DNA of 32,000 bases. Source: Promethearchaeum syntrophicum (GTDB taxonomy: Archaea; Asgardarchaeota; Lokiarchaeia; Sigyniarchaeales; Promethearchaeaceae). Below are positions 7,250-16,294 of the stretch, piece by piece. Location: the NCBI RefSeq assembly GCF_008000775.2, contig NZ_CP042905.2, forward strand, positions 120,001 through 152,000. The letters run 5' to 3'. The translations under genes were made by a program, and so were the position numbers. Positions within the stretch are counted from its first letter, which is position 1. Each line of letters starts with the position of its first letter. Below the pieces are notes generated by a model that was not told the origin of the DNA, searched no databases, and saw only the letters and a program-made list of their open reading frames with translations.

Positions 7250-8489
7250 AAAAATAAATAAAAATGCATTGTACGGAAATAAATTTCTAAATATTAATGA
7301 AAGTGAATTAGTTTTAGATGGTATTAAAGTTAAAAATCTAATTGAAAAATATAACACACCTTCCTTTGTATTTCTTGAAAAAAAAATTGAAGATAATATA
7401 AAAAAAATTAAGGACTGTTTCTTATCAGTATTTCCTAATTCTCAAGGATTTTATTCAACAAAGGCAAATTACCTTACTGAAATTATATCTGTAGTAAAGA
7501 ATCAAAATTTCGGGACAGAAATTGTAGGTTTACCTGAGTTAAATATTTTGAAAAAGATTGAATTTCCATTTGATAAAGTAATTGCTGGAGGACCATATCT
7601 TCCGAACGATTTTTTAACTGAAATCATCAAAACTCAAGTTAAATATCTCATTATTTACGATATGGATGATATTATTAGAGTTCAAAAAATTATTCAAAAT
7701 TTTGGGGGATATAAACAAGATATATTGATTAGAATTCAATCTCAGAAATATACTGGCAGATTAGGGATTGTTTTAAATGAAACAAATCTAAAAAATCTAA
7801 AGGATATATTAAATATATGCCCCAATCTTAATTATAAAGGGATACTCGCTCATTGGGGAACTCAACTTAATTCTTTTGATGATTATATGCAAAATTTCCA
7901 ATTATTAATAGAGAATGCAATAAATATTAAGAAAAAAGCTGGATTGGATACTTCGATATTAAATATTGGTGGTGGATTTCCTAATGCAGATTCTTTTAAA
8001 AAAAAACAACTACTCACGATTTTAGAGAAATTTAAAGAAAAATTATTAGAAAATTCATTGGATTCATGTTCTATTTTCTATGAACCAGGGAGATTTATTG
8101 TAGGAGATACAGGATTTGCGCTTGCAAGTGTAATTAAATATGATAAAGCCCATAAAACAGCATTTCTCGATATTGGGAATAATTTAATCCCCAAATTCAT
8201 GAAATCTTCTTTAAGATTTTATAATATATCTAAAATTTTTGAAGCCCCTAATAAACCTATTGATTTTATGGGAAATACACCAACGGATCAAGATATTTTG
8301 GTAAAGAATTATAATTTTACGCCTTCTATACAAACAGGAGATTACATTCTTATAGCAAATGTTGGGGCTTACGCATTAAGTTGGTCGACTCGATTTCCTT
8401 ATCCAAATCCTTCTTTAATATTGATAAAATCAAATCAAATCAATGAAATCCATAGTCGAAATAGTCTCAATGATTTTTCTATTCATTAA
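7242..8489 (+). CDS. PLP-dependent decarboxylase, Orn/DAP/Arg decarboxylase family 2 (alanine-racemase fold)
   Basis: Motifs seen are YSTKANY (PLP lysine), LAHWGTQL (HxGS/TQ), GGGFP, EPGRFIVGD and NVGAYALS. The start overlaps the GT4 stop by 8 nt. Confidence 0.75.
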   Translation: MSKKINKNALYGNKFLNINESELVLDGIKVKNLIEKYNTPSFVFLEKKIEDNIKKIKDCFLSVFPNSQGFYSTKANYLTEIISVVKNQNFGTEIVGLPELNILKKIEFPFDKVIAGGPYLPNDFLTEIIKTQVKYLIIYDMDDIIRVQKIIQNFGGYKQDILIRIQSQKYTGRLGIVLNETNLKNLKDILNICPNLNYKGILAHWGTQLNSFDDYMQNFQLLIENAINIKKKAGLDTSILNIGGGFPNADSFKKKQLLTILEKFKEKLLENSLDSCSIFYEPGRFIVGDTGFALASVIKYDKAHKTAFLDIGNNLIPKFMKSSLRFYNISKIFEAPNKPIDFMGNTPTDQDILVKNYNFTPSIQTGDYILIANVGAYALSWSTRFPYPNPSLILIKSNQINEIHSRNSLNDFSIH

Positions 8490-8597
8490 TTGCCTTCATC
8501 ATTCCTTGATATATATCTGGATATTATGTTCACTAATAATATTCTTTTGATTTAATTTAATCTAATATAGACCATACCTCGAGGTTAGGATCTTATA

Positions 8598-9731
8598 ATG
8601 AAATCATTTCTCCCACATAGTGACATTACAAAAATTTTACAAACCCCCTTTTCAACAAGTCCGTCAATTGGACAAGCAAATATTATAATTGTTGGATGTG
8701 GTGGAGCCGGAAATAACACAGTAGACCGTCTAATGAAAATTGGAATTAGAGGTGCTTGGTGTTTAGCGATTAATACCGATCTTCAGCATTTAAAAACAAT
8801 AAATGCTCATAAAAAACTCTTAATAGGAGAAAACGTAACTCGCGGATTAGGAGCAGGAGGTAGGCCAGACATAGGATTGAAAGCAGCAGAAGAATCAAGA
8901 GAAGAAATAGATAGTCTTCTACGTGAAGGGGATTTGGTTTTTATAACTTGTGGAATGGGAGGGGGAACAGGTACAGGTAGTGCCCCTGTTGTTGCAGAAA
9001 TCGCAAAAAATTCTGGAGCTATTGTTGTAGGTGTAGTTACCATGCCATTTGATGGTGAAATGGGAAGAGTACAAAAAGCAAAAGAAGGTATTAAAGTTTT
9101 AAGAAATTACGTGGACACATTGGTTATGATTGATAATAATAGATTACTAAAAATTGCCGCAGATTTACCAATTATTGAAGCTTTTAGCCTGGCAGATGAA
9201 GTTTTAGCGACAATGGTAAAAGGAATAACGGAAACAATCTCGTTACCTTCATTAATTAATTTGGATTATGCAGATGTTAGATCTATTCTAACATCTGGAG
9301 GGGTGGCCATTGTAGGAATTGGAGAAGGAGAGGACCCTGAACGAAGGGTTGAAGAAGCAATTGAAGATGCAATTACATCTCCTCTTTTAGATTTTGATAT
9401 TTCAGGTGCTAAAGGAGCTTTAATCCATGTTACTGGAGGAAACGATTTAAAATTAATTGAGACTACAAAAGTAGCAGATTTAATTACAGAACAAATGGAT
9501 CCAAAAGCTCGAGTTATATGGGGGGCCAGGGTAGACCCAAACATGAATGGAGCAATTAGAATAATGTTGCTAATAACCGGGGTAAAATCTGCCCAAATGT
9601 TGGGAAATTCTACTAATCGATTTTTAAAGAATTCTTTTTCTAAAAATTCTTCTTTTCCTAGCCTAGCGGATGAATTCTTTAGTATTAATGAAATTAGATC
9701 GATAAACGAAGAAAATTTAAACCTTTTTTAA
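8598..9731 (+). CDS. ftsZ: Cell division GTPase FtsZ
   Basis: Contains GCGGAGNN, the tubulin signature GMGGGTGTGSAPVVAEIAK, and NTDLQHL. Confidence 0.95.
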   Translation: MKSFLPHSDITKILQTPFSTSPSIGQANIIIVGCGGAGNNTVDRLMKIGIRGAWCLAINTDLQHLKTINAHKKLLIGENVTRGLGAGGRPDIGLKAAEESREEIDSLLREGDLVFITCGMGGGTGTGSAPVVAEIAKNSGAIVVGVVTMPFDGEMGRVQKAKEGIKVLRNYVDTLVMIDNNRLLKIAADLPIIEAFSLADEVLATMVKGITETISLPSLINLDYADVRSILTSGGVAIVGIGEGEDPERRVEEAIEDAITSPLLDFDISGAKGALIHVTGGNDLKLIETTKVADLITEQMDPKARVIWGARVDPNMNGAIRIMLLITGVKSAQMLGNSTNRFLKNSFSKNSSFPSLADEFFSINEIRSINEENLNLF

Positions 9732-9736
9732 AAAAA

Positions 9737-10318
9737 TTAAATTACTGGTTTCCACATCTTTGTGAATTCTTCTTGTTTCTTTTCTTGGTATTTTCTTGTT
9801 AAATACCCAAGTACTGTTTTATGAGGAAATCCTTGAATTATCATATTGATCCCTTTTTTAGCTACTTTGATTGTTTCAAAATTTCCGATTAAGGCAATAT
9901 ATTTCTTATAAATCGAGAATTGAGCTCCAGAAAATTGTTCAAATGAATTTCTGATCTTACCTTTATCACCTATTAATCTACCTTTAATTCGTTTCAATTT
10001 TTTTTCTGAATGGCCAACAATCTTTTCTAAGTCTATTATCTCTAATATATATTCTGAATCTAATAATTTCAGAGCTTTATCAGGATTAAAACCATGATTT
10101 ATCGCTTGAAGTATGTGTTGTGTCATGTAAATGCGAAGACCTGGGGATTCATTCTCATCAAATAAATCTGAAGAATTAAAATCGGGATTGGATTCTACTC
10201 TGTAATTACCCGAAATACTGTCAATAAAAATTTTTGTTCCAGTTAATTTTTCAATATGAGCTTTCGTTGAACCTTCTTTTCCAATAGCTACTGCAAGACG
10301 ATCTTTATTTAATGACAT
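9737..10318 (-). CDS. KH-domain RNA-binding protein, Dim2/Pno1-like
   Basis: Two KH GxxG segments are present (AIGKEGSTKAHIEKLTG and LIGDKGKIRNSFEQFSG). It lies immediately downstream of the Rio1 kinase gene on the same strand. Confidence 0.8.
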   Translation of the reverse strand: MSLNKDRLAVAIGKEGSTKAHIEKLTGTKIFIDSISGNYRVESNPDFNSSDLFDENESPGLRIYMTQHILQAINHGFNPDKALKLLDSEYILEIIDLEKIVGHSEKKLKRIKGRLIGDKGKIRNSFEQFSGAQFSIYKKYIALIGNFETIKVAKKGINMIIQGFPHKTVLGYLTRKYQEKKQEEFTKMWKPVI

Positions 10319-10372
10319 TAAATTGATAAATAATTCAAAAGTTAAATTTTTTTTGGTTGTGAATTAAGATTT

Positions 10373-11161
10373 CTAGACATTTTTCAAAATTTTCTCAAAC
10401 ACTGCTTTAACATCGGGAACATGTTTTGAATCAATGAACTTAGAAAAATAATTTAAAACATTTTTTATATCACGTTGAAGATATACAGGAGCGTTAATGT
10501 GATAGATTGATACTGCTTGGGAAACATCAATAATTATTTGTTTTCCCTTAAAATATAATATATTAAATTCACTTAAATCTCCATGAACCAGGTGTGCGTT
10601 TAAATACATCTTACTTATTTGATCTAAAATATAATTCATTTCTTCAATAGGATTAACCAATTCATCTATATCTTTAAGGCGTTTTGCTGGAGTTCCATTT
10701 TCTTCTCCAATGAATTCCATTACTAAAATATTATCTCTACTTAGTAAAGGAGTTGGGACTAAAATGTCATGTCTTTTCATCTGTGTCAAGTTTTTGAATT
10801 CTTTTTTGCACCATGTATAGATTATTTTATGCGTTGATGTTCCTATTTTTTTAAATCGTGGATCTCCGATAATGTAATTTTTCATCCATTTAGTGTTTTG
10901 AGGATCAATTTTATAGATTTTTACAGCCAACGGAACATCTTCTTCTCCCAGGGCATAATATACATTAGCCTCTTTTCCCGCAGATATTATTCCTACAAAT
11001 TCGTTGATGATTCCTTTACTCAATATTTTATTCAAATTAACTAAGGTAAAACTATCAAAAACACCATTAAATGCTGCATGTTCCTCAGTTTTACGTTTAG
11101 ATTTCATCCGACGTTTATCTTGCTTGACTTCTAATCTGTTGATTTTGTTATCATCTTCCAA
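10373..11161 (-). CDS. rio1: RIO-type serine/threonine protein kinase, Rio1
   Basis: Contains ISAGKEANVYYA (RIO nucleotide-binding loop), LVHGDLSEFNIL (catalytic loop) and IIDVSQAV (metal-binding). At ~260 aa it lacks the N-terminal wHTH of Rio2. Confidence 0.9.
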   Translation of the reverse strand: MEDDNKINRLEVKQDKRRMKSKRKTEEHAAFNGVFDSFTLVNLNKILSKGIINEFVGIISAGKEANVYYALGEEDVPLAVKIYKIDPQNTKWMKNYIIGDPRFKKIGTSTHKIIYTWCKKEFKNLTQMKRHDILVPTPLLSRDNILVMEFIGEENGTPAKRLKDIDELVNPIEEMNYILDQISKMYLNAHLVHGDLSEFNILYFKGKQIIIDVSQAVSIYHINAPVYLQRDIKNVLNYFSKFIDSKHVPDVKAVFEKILKNV

Positions 11162-11177
11162 TTAGATCATCCCTTGA

Positions 11178-12101
11178 CTAATTTGATTCTAAGAAAAGCC
11201 ATTTCTTTCCTTGAAAATCAGAATATTTTACATTTTTAATTTTTCCACCACTAACTATTTGTAAAGAAATTCTGTTTTTGGAAATGCTTTTTACATAATA
11301 TTTTATTCCTTCAAAAAGAATAAGATCGTTTTTATCAACTGGAATTAATCTTAAAAGTGTAGATAGTCGATATAAATCAGAACCCTTCTCAGAATCAACA
11401 CCTATCAATTTTTTTGAAACTTTTATTTCGAAATGATATTTTTTTCTCAATCTGGCTATTAATACCCTTGCCATCGCATTTGTACTGACTTTTAAGTCAA
11501 ACCCATTAGTCACGTTATCAATTTTTGAAATAAAGTTTGATAATCTTTTAAAATTCTCTTTTTCTTCAATTTTTAAACAATAAGCTAGAATTTCTTGTAA
11601 TTTTTTTTCATCTTTTTGATGTTGAATCCGAATTTGAACAATCGCATCAAATCGACCACCACTTCTTTTTGCGCAATAAGGACAATTAATATCACGAATT
11701 TTAATAAGGAGTTCTTCTTGAACTTCAGGAAGGTCTTTTGATATTATGCTTACAGTAGTTTTTATATCAACCCGTTCAGAAAGATCAGGATTCTCAAAAG
11801 AAAATTCACTTTTAACATTAAATTTTTTATTAAATTTGAGGAAAATATTTTCTTTAAGTATTTTTTTTAAGAAATCATTGTCATCTATTTCTAATGATTT
11901 ATATTGCCAACTATATTCTTGATCTTTAGTTTTTAAGGAATAGGCACCACAATATATACAATTTCGTAATGTGAATTTCTCCGGTATAATATAATTTGGA
12001 ATAATTTTTGAATTACAATCAGTACATAAGTAATTGTTATAATTATTTGATTCCTCACTAAGGGGTCTACCACATTTTGCACAAAATTTTCGTAATTTCA
12101 T
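11178..12101 (-). CDS. nmd3: NMD3-family protein (large ribosomal subunit biogenesis/export adaptor homolog)
   Basis: The N-terminal cysteine clusters are arranged as in the NMD3 N-domain: CAKCG...CTDC, CIYCGAY and CPYCAKRSGGRFDAIVQIR. Confidence 0.8.
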   Translation of the reverse strand: MKLRKFCAKCGRPLSEESNNYNNYLCTDCNSKIIPNYIIPEKFTLRNCIYCGAYSLKTKDQEYSWQYKSLEIDDNDFLKKILKENIFLKFNKKFNVKSEFSFENPDLSERVDIKTTVSIISKDLPEVQEELLIKIRDINCPYCAKRSGGRFDAIVQIRIQHQKDEKKLQEILAYCLKIEEKENFKRLSNFISKIDNVTNGFDLKVSTNAMARVLIARLRKKYHFEIKVSKKLIGVDSEKGSDLYRLSTLLRLIPVDKNDLILFEGIKYYVKSISKNRISLQIVSGGKIKNVKYSDFQGKKWLFLESN

Positions 12102-12127
12102 TTTGAATATATTCCTAGAAGATAAAT

Positions 12128-12424
12128 CTAAAAAAGAAATTTAATTGCAATAGGGATGCCATCTATTTCTAAAACCCCTTCAGGAGGTATTATTTTAGTT
12201 TCTATCAAAGCTTTAATAATATTTTTACCTACAGCGTTGAAATTTGATGACTTCTCTAATATTTTAATTGCCTCTTCAATTGGAACTAAATTATCTCTAA
12301 AAAATGCGTCTGAAACATGATAATTAAATTCTCCTTGTTTTAAACGTAAATTGATACAATCTTCATCGCAAACACCAATAATTTGGTTTGTTGCTTGTGA
12401 ATGAATTTTTAGAAAACATTTCAT
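12128..12424 (-). CDS. DUF424-family protein
   Basis: This ~98-aa protein begins KIHSQATNQIIGVCDEDCINLRLKQGEF and ends IDGIPIAIKF. This matches my recollection of the archaeal DUF424 pattern (...VAVCDxELLG ... GVPHA). Confidence 0.65.
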   Translation of the reverse strand: MKCFLKIHSQATNQIIGVCDEDCINLRLKQGEFNYHVSDAFFRDNLVPIEEAIKILEKSSNFNAVGKNIIKALIETKIIPPEGVLEIDGIPIAIKFLF

Positions 12425-12455
12425 AGAATTTACTCCAGATTAATTTAAATTATAA

Positions 12456-12890
12456 TTATAATTTTACAGGATGGCGAGTTCCACATGCATGACAAACTAA
12501 AAGATGAGATCTCCCTTCTTTGATAATTACTGTATCAGGTTTTAAACATGTCTCACAAATTACAAATTTTTCGCAATAGTTCTTAATTAATCTGTCAATC
12601 GTGCTTAATTTTTGCTTTCCTTTTAAAATTGCTTTATTTCCTTTGATTCCACCAGCTGTCCCGACTTCTTGTAATATAAATTTAATAAAATGTTTGTCAT
12701 CTCTCTTAAGATTCTCAATAATCTCTTTAAAATTAACGATTAAGGTATTTTTTCCTTCAAATTCAAGACGAGCAGTTGGGATCTTCCAACGATCTGTCTC
12801 ATGGAACCCTTCTGGTATTTTTTCAAACGCTCTATCTAGTAATTTAGTATATTCTTCTTCAGACATTATATATCTGAAAGAATAAAGCAA
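12456..12890 (-). CDS. eif2b: Translation initiation factor aIF-2 beta subunit
   Basis: Contains YTKLLDRAFEKIPE, GTAGGIKGNKAILKGK and the C-terminal zinc ribbon CETCLKPDT...LLVCHACG. The internal ATG at 12866 (MSEEEY...) is an alternative start. Confidence 0.9.
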   Translation of the reverse strand: MLYSFRYIMSEEEYTKLLDRAFEKIPEGFHETDRWKIPTARLEFEGKNTLIVNFKEIIENLKRDDKHFIKFILQEVGTAGGIKGNKAILKGKQKLSTIDRLIKNYCEKFVICETCLKPDTVIIKEGRSHLLVCHACGTRHPVKL

Positions 12891-12907
12891 AAAAAATTTT
12901 GTTATTT

Positions 12908-13750
12908 TTAATAGGATGAATAAAAACCAGGATGTACTTTATAAATTTTAACATCTTGACACAACTGATCAATAATTTTCTTTATTTCTGCCATATTAAT
13001 TGAGAAAATTTTACCAATTTCCTCAATCGAAACACCATCTCCTTTATCATTTTCTTGAATGTAAATAACAATTTCATCCATTTGATCTAGACCTTTGAAA
13101 AGATCTGAATCGGGTTTGGATTTTTCATCAGATGGTTCAATTTTTTTTTTTCTTCCGCTTTTTTCATTGATTTTTATTTCTTCTATAATTTTTTCTGGAA
13201 AATCTTCACTTTTATCTTCATCCTTTGATTCAAAATCAAAATCATTAAAATTAATAGGGGTTATTTTCTCAATTTCAAAAGTTGGTTCAAGCTTTCTTCT
13301 TTTTAAAACCTCTAAAATATGATGTAATTCATCATTTGGATTTTCTATTTTACGGATGAATTTTAAATTAAGATTTATTTTATCCTGGTAAGATCTAGTG
13401 TTTCCAACTATATCAACTAAGGTCCCATATGTTATTTTGGAATAATCTTCAAATTTGACACCCCAGAGAGTGCAATTTAATCTTCCAGTACCGTCATCAA
13501 TTTGAAAGAAAATTCGAGTATTATCATTTGAAGTATTTGAAATAAATGATTCTTCAACATTTTCTTTAGTAACTTCTTTCTTCTGAGTCACTGTACCGCA
13601 AATTCTCACAGTCTTTATCTTTCCATAACGAGAAGCGAGTAGATTTTCATCAGGTAACCATTGTCCTTCATATAAATCTCCTATCAAAACTCGCTTGGCG
13701 GGATTTCTTTTGTATCTTTGTGCATCCGAATTAACTTTATTCAAATTCAT
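12908..13750 (-). CDS. RPA32/Stn1-like ssDNA-binding protein (OB fold plus C-terminal winged helix)
   Basis: An OB-fold-like core (VRICGTVTQK...FFQIDDGTGRLNCTLWG...GTLVDIVGNTRSYQDKINLNL) is followed by an acidic/basic linker and a wH-like tail (DGVSIEEIGKIFSINMAEIKKIIDQLCQDVKIYKV). Confidence 0.65.
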   Translation of the reverse strand: MNLNKVNSDAQRYKRNPAKRVLIGDLYEGQWLPDENLLASRYGKIKTVRICGTVTQKKEVTKENVEESFISNTSNDNTRIFFQIDDGTGRLNCTLWGVKFEDYSKITYGTLVDIVGNTRSYQDKINLNLKFIRKIENPNDELHHILEVLKRRKLEPTFEIEKITPINFNDFDFESKDEDKSEDFPEKIIEEIKINEKSGRKKKIEPSDEKSKPDSDLFKGLDQMDEIVIYIQENDKGDGVSIEEIGKIFSINMAEIKKIIDQLCQDVKIYKVHPGFYSSY

Positions 13751-13962
13751 CTATATCCACTATTCTTAATAATCACTAAAAAAATAAAAAGAAATATATT
13801 TATCCTCAAATATATTTATTCGGCCTTATGTTCTTAAGCATTGATTAGCATTTGCGATGATTCAATGCGAGTTGCATAAGGCTTTATTTAAAAGGACGGA
13901 ATTAGATGAAAAAGTTTTTAGTAAATGAAACATAGAGAAATATATTAAGATTTTTTATCAAA

Positions 13963-14074
13963 AGCGGGATAGGCTAGTCAGGTTCAGGCTGCAGGGCTCA
14001 TAATTAAATGGGATTTACCCAATTTTAAAATTGTGAAACCCTGAGATCGGATGGTTCAAATCCTCCTCCCGCTA
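13963..14074 (+). tRNA. Initiator tRNA-Met (CAU) with canonical-position intron
   Basis: Hand fold: acceptor AGCGGGA/TCCCGCT with A1:U72. D-arm GGCT-AGTCAGGTTCA-GGCT. Anticodon stem CAGGG/CCCTG with three G:C pairs next to the loop CTCATAA. T-loop TTCAAAT. No CCA is encoded. Confidence 0.85.
14003..14037 (+). other. tRNA-iMet intron (35 nt, position 37/38)
   Basis: The sequence between A37 (14002) and A38 (14038) interrupts the anticodon loop. Intron GTGA can pair with anticodon-loop TCAT, giving a relaxed bulge-helix-bulge. Confidence 0.7.
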
Positions 14075-14139
14075 TATTTTTATTTATTTTGCAATAAAAA
14101 ATTAACAATTTTATTATCCGATATTTAATTTTAAAACAT

Positions 14140-16281
14140 ATGACGTTTGTGGAAGTTTTATTAGGTTTCATCACAGAACCAATCTTTATAATTTCATGTA
14201 TATTTTGGATTCTAACTTTAATACTTATCAAAGTATTGGGAAAAAAAAAAGAAAATGTAACATTATTCTTCCCATTTCTTGTTTTATTTAAAAGTAAAAT
14301 ATTCAATCGCTTCTTTAAAAAAATTAGTGGAAAAGGAAGGCGTTTATGGAAATTATGGTGGAATATTGGAATAATAGTCTCCTTCTTGCTAATGATTTAT
14401 GCAATTTATTTCTTCATTTCTAATTTTTTTGCTCTAATTTTTAATCCTCAACCGGAAAATGCACTTACGCCAATAATACCTGGTGTTACAATAAGTTTTC
14501 CAATATTTTCATATTTTATATTACCCATTTTATTTGCTATGACAATTCATGAATTTTCCCATGCTATTGCAGCAGAAATAGATGGAGTTAGTGTAAAATC
14601 TTCAGGAATATTCGGAGCTGGTATTTTCTTAATTGTTGGGTTTGGTGCTTTTGTTGAAGTTGATGAGTTTCAATTATATTCAAAAAACTATTCGATTGGT
14701 ACAAGATTAAGGGTTGCTTCAGCAGGTATATGGTCAAATATAGTTATTGCAGGAATATTTTTCCTTCTTCTTCTTGGATTTCCTACAATCATGAATGTTG
14801 GATATCATTCTGAAGGTTTTCAGGTTAGCTATGTTCTTCCGTATGATGAAGGAGGATTTAATGAAAATAATTTGGAAATTGGAGATATTGTTTATAAAAT
14901 TAATGATATTGTTGTAGATAATAATAATAATGCTAATCTAAATGATATTCTAATGAATAAAACAGATTTAAGTTGTTCGATTGGAGATCAATTGGAATTT
15001 AAATGTATTAATGGAACAACTGGAGAAGAATATATAAGGGATGTTACGTTAGGGTTTAATTCATTTGTAGGATTTGATTGGGTTCGATTAAACAACACTG
15101 CTATCAATATAACAAATGTCTATTCTTGGCTAAGAGCAGGAAATAACTACAATTTAGATCTTAAAGGAAAAATTATAGTAAAAATAAATGAAACTTTAAT
15201 AAACTATCAGAATAATCAAACTTTTGAAGTTTTTCTAACCCAAAACAAACCCAGCTATAAATTGAATATTACTTCAGATGTGGGAGAAACTTATGAAATA
15301 AGTGTAGATTTTTATTCAAATATTCCTGGAGCTCACCTTCTTAATGACATTTTTTTAGGATTGAATATTGAAAAAAATTCTGTTAATTCAGTCAATATTA
15401 CAGAAGTGTTTAAAAATGCATCAGAGTCTGGAATAAATGAGGGAAGAATCCCTGAAAACACGATAATTACTAAAATTAATGGAATTCAAATATTATTATC
15501 CAATCAATCATTTAAGGAATTTTTCACAGAAAAATTTTCACTTAAACCAGGTGAAACTCTTATCTTTACTGATGGAAATGAAAATAACTATACTCTTATT
15601 ACGTCTGAAAAACCAATAGTCCCTGTTTTAATTGGAATTGGAACAATATCTTATTGGGTACCTTCAAATTGGCTTGGAAGGTTAATTGGAGGTTTATTTC
15701 CTTATGAAATTAATATATTTGTATCATTTACGTTTATGATTTCATTGAGTTTAGCGTTATTTAATCTTTTGCCAATTTCGATTTTTGATGGTGGAAGGAT
15801 GATGAAGGAATTATTACATATCGTTATTGGGACAAAAAATATTGATAAAGAAGCAAAGAAAAAACTTCTTTATGAATTCGATATTGAAAACTCCAAGCAA
15901 CATTTATTTACTCATAGTATAAATGAGGTGATCAGAGTTAGAGAATTAATTCCGTTGGATGCTATTATAATTAATGGAAATGAATCTAATAATTATGGAG
16001 AAATAGAAACTAAGAATGGAAAATCCTTTAAAGGACGAGATTTATTATATAAAACTCATGATACATCAAATGATGGTTTTATTGATACAGTAGAGATTAA
16101 TGAAGATCAAAATATTGAAACGAAAAGGCTTATTGAAGTAGAGATAGAATATGAACAAGATTTAAAAGAAATTCCTAAAAAACGAATATATAGAATAATA
16201 TCTTCAATTATGGGCGTAGTTATTATAGCAAGTTTCATCATTTCTCTTATTAAATTTGGAACTTCAATTTTTTGGTTTTAA
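14140..16281 (+). CDS. Site-2 protease (peptidase M50) with large PDZ-type insertion
   Basis: HEFSHAIAA (HExxH) lies in a TM helix, and the second motif is LFNLLPISIFDGGRM (NxxPxxxxDG). There are multiple TM segments and a ~350-aa luminal insert. Confidence 0.9.
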   Translation: MTFVEVLLGFITEPIFIISCIFWILTLILIKVLGKKKENVTLFFPFLVLFKSKIFNRFFKKISGKGRRLWKLWWNIGIIVSFLLMIYAIYFFISNFFALIFNPQPENALTPIIPGVTISFPIFSYFILPILFAMTIHEFSHAIAAEIDGVSVKSSGIFGAGIFLIVGFGAFVEVDEFQLYSKNYSIGTRLRVASAGIWSNIVIAGIFFLLLLGFPTIMNVGYHSEGFQVSYVLPYDEGGFNENNLEIGDIVYKINDIVVDNNNNANLNDILMNKTDLSCSIGDQLEFKCINGTTGEEYIRDVTLGFNSFVGFDWVRLNNTAINITNVYSWLRAGNNYNLDLKGKIIVKINETLINYQNNQTFEVFLTQNKPSYKLNITSDVGETYEISVDFYSNIPGAHLLNDIFLGLNIEKNSVNSVNITEVFKNASESGINEGRIPENTIITKINGIQILLSNQSFKEFFTEKFSLKPGETLIFTDGNENNYTLITSEKPIVPVLIGIGTISYWVPSNWLGRLIGGLFPYEINIFVSFTFMISLSLALFNLLPISIFDGGRMMKELLHIVIGTKNIDKEAKKKLLYEFDIENSKQHLFTHSINEVIRVRELIPLDAIIINGNESNNYGEIETKNGKSFKGRDLLYKTHDTSNDGFIDTVEINEDQNIETKRLIEVEIEYEQDLKEIPKKRIYRIISSIMGVVIIASFIISLIKFGTSIFWF

Positions 16282-16294
16282 AAATGGGATAAAA

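Noticed and set aside
7172-7357. Minus-strand 61-aa ORF across the GT4/decarboxylase junction
   Set aside because: It is antisense to two overlapping, motif-supported genes.
8807-9544. Antisense ORFs 8807..9043 and 9266..9544 inside ftsZ
   Set aside because: They lie entirely within, and opposite to, a gene with unmistakable FtsZ motifs. Their translations are low-complexity Pro/Ser/Thr-rich mirror products of the Gly-rich FtsZ codons.
12601-13322. Plus-strand ORFs 12601..12885 and 13095..13322
   Set aside because: They are antisense to the aIF2-beta and RPA32-like genes, with low-complexity translations.
13851-13860. C-box-like GCGATGA in the apical loop of the 13823-13882 hairpin
   Set aside because: Position 2 is C, not U, and no D box (CTGA) follows within a plausible distance. 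The structure is kept as a finding, but not as a C/D sRNA.
13938-13947. TATA-like AT-rich boxes upstream of the tRNA and protein genes (e.g. AAATATATTA before tRNA-iMet)
   Set aside because: In DNA this AT-rich, TATA/BRE-like strings occur almost everywhere. Without transcription start data I cannot distinguish real promoters from background.
14025-14306. Minus-strand ORF overlapping the 3' half of tRNA-iMet and the start of the S2P gene
   Set aside because: It contains the tell-tale tRNA translation (...GGGFEPSDLRV...) and overlaps two better-supported features.
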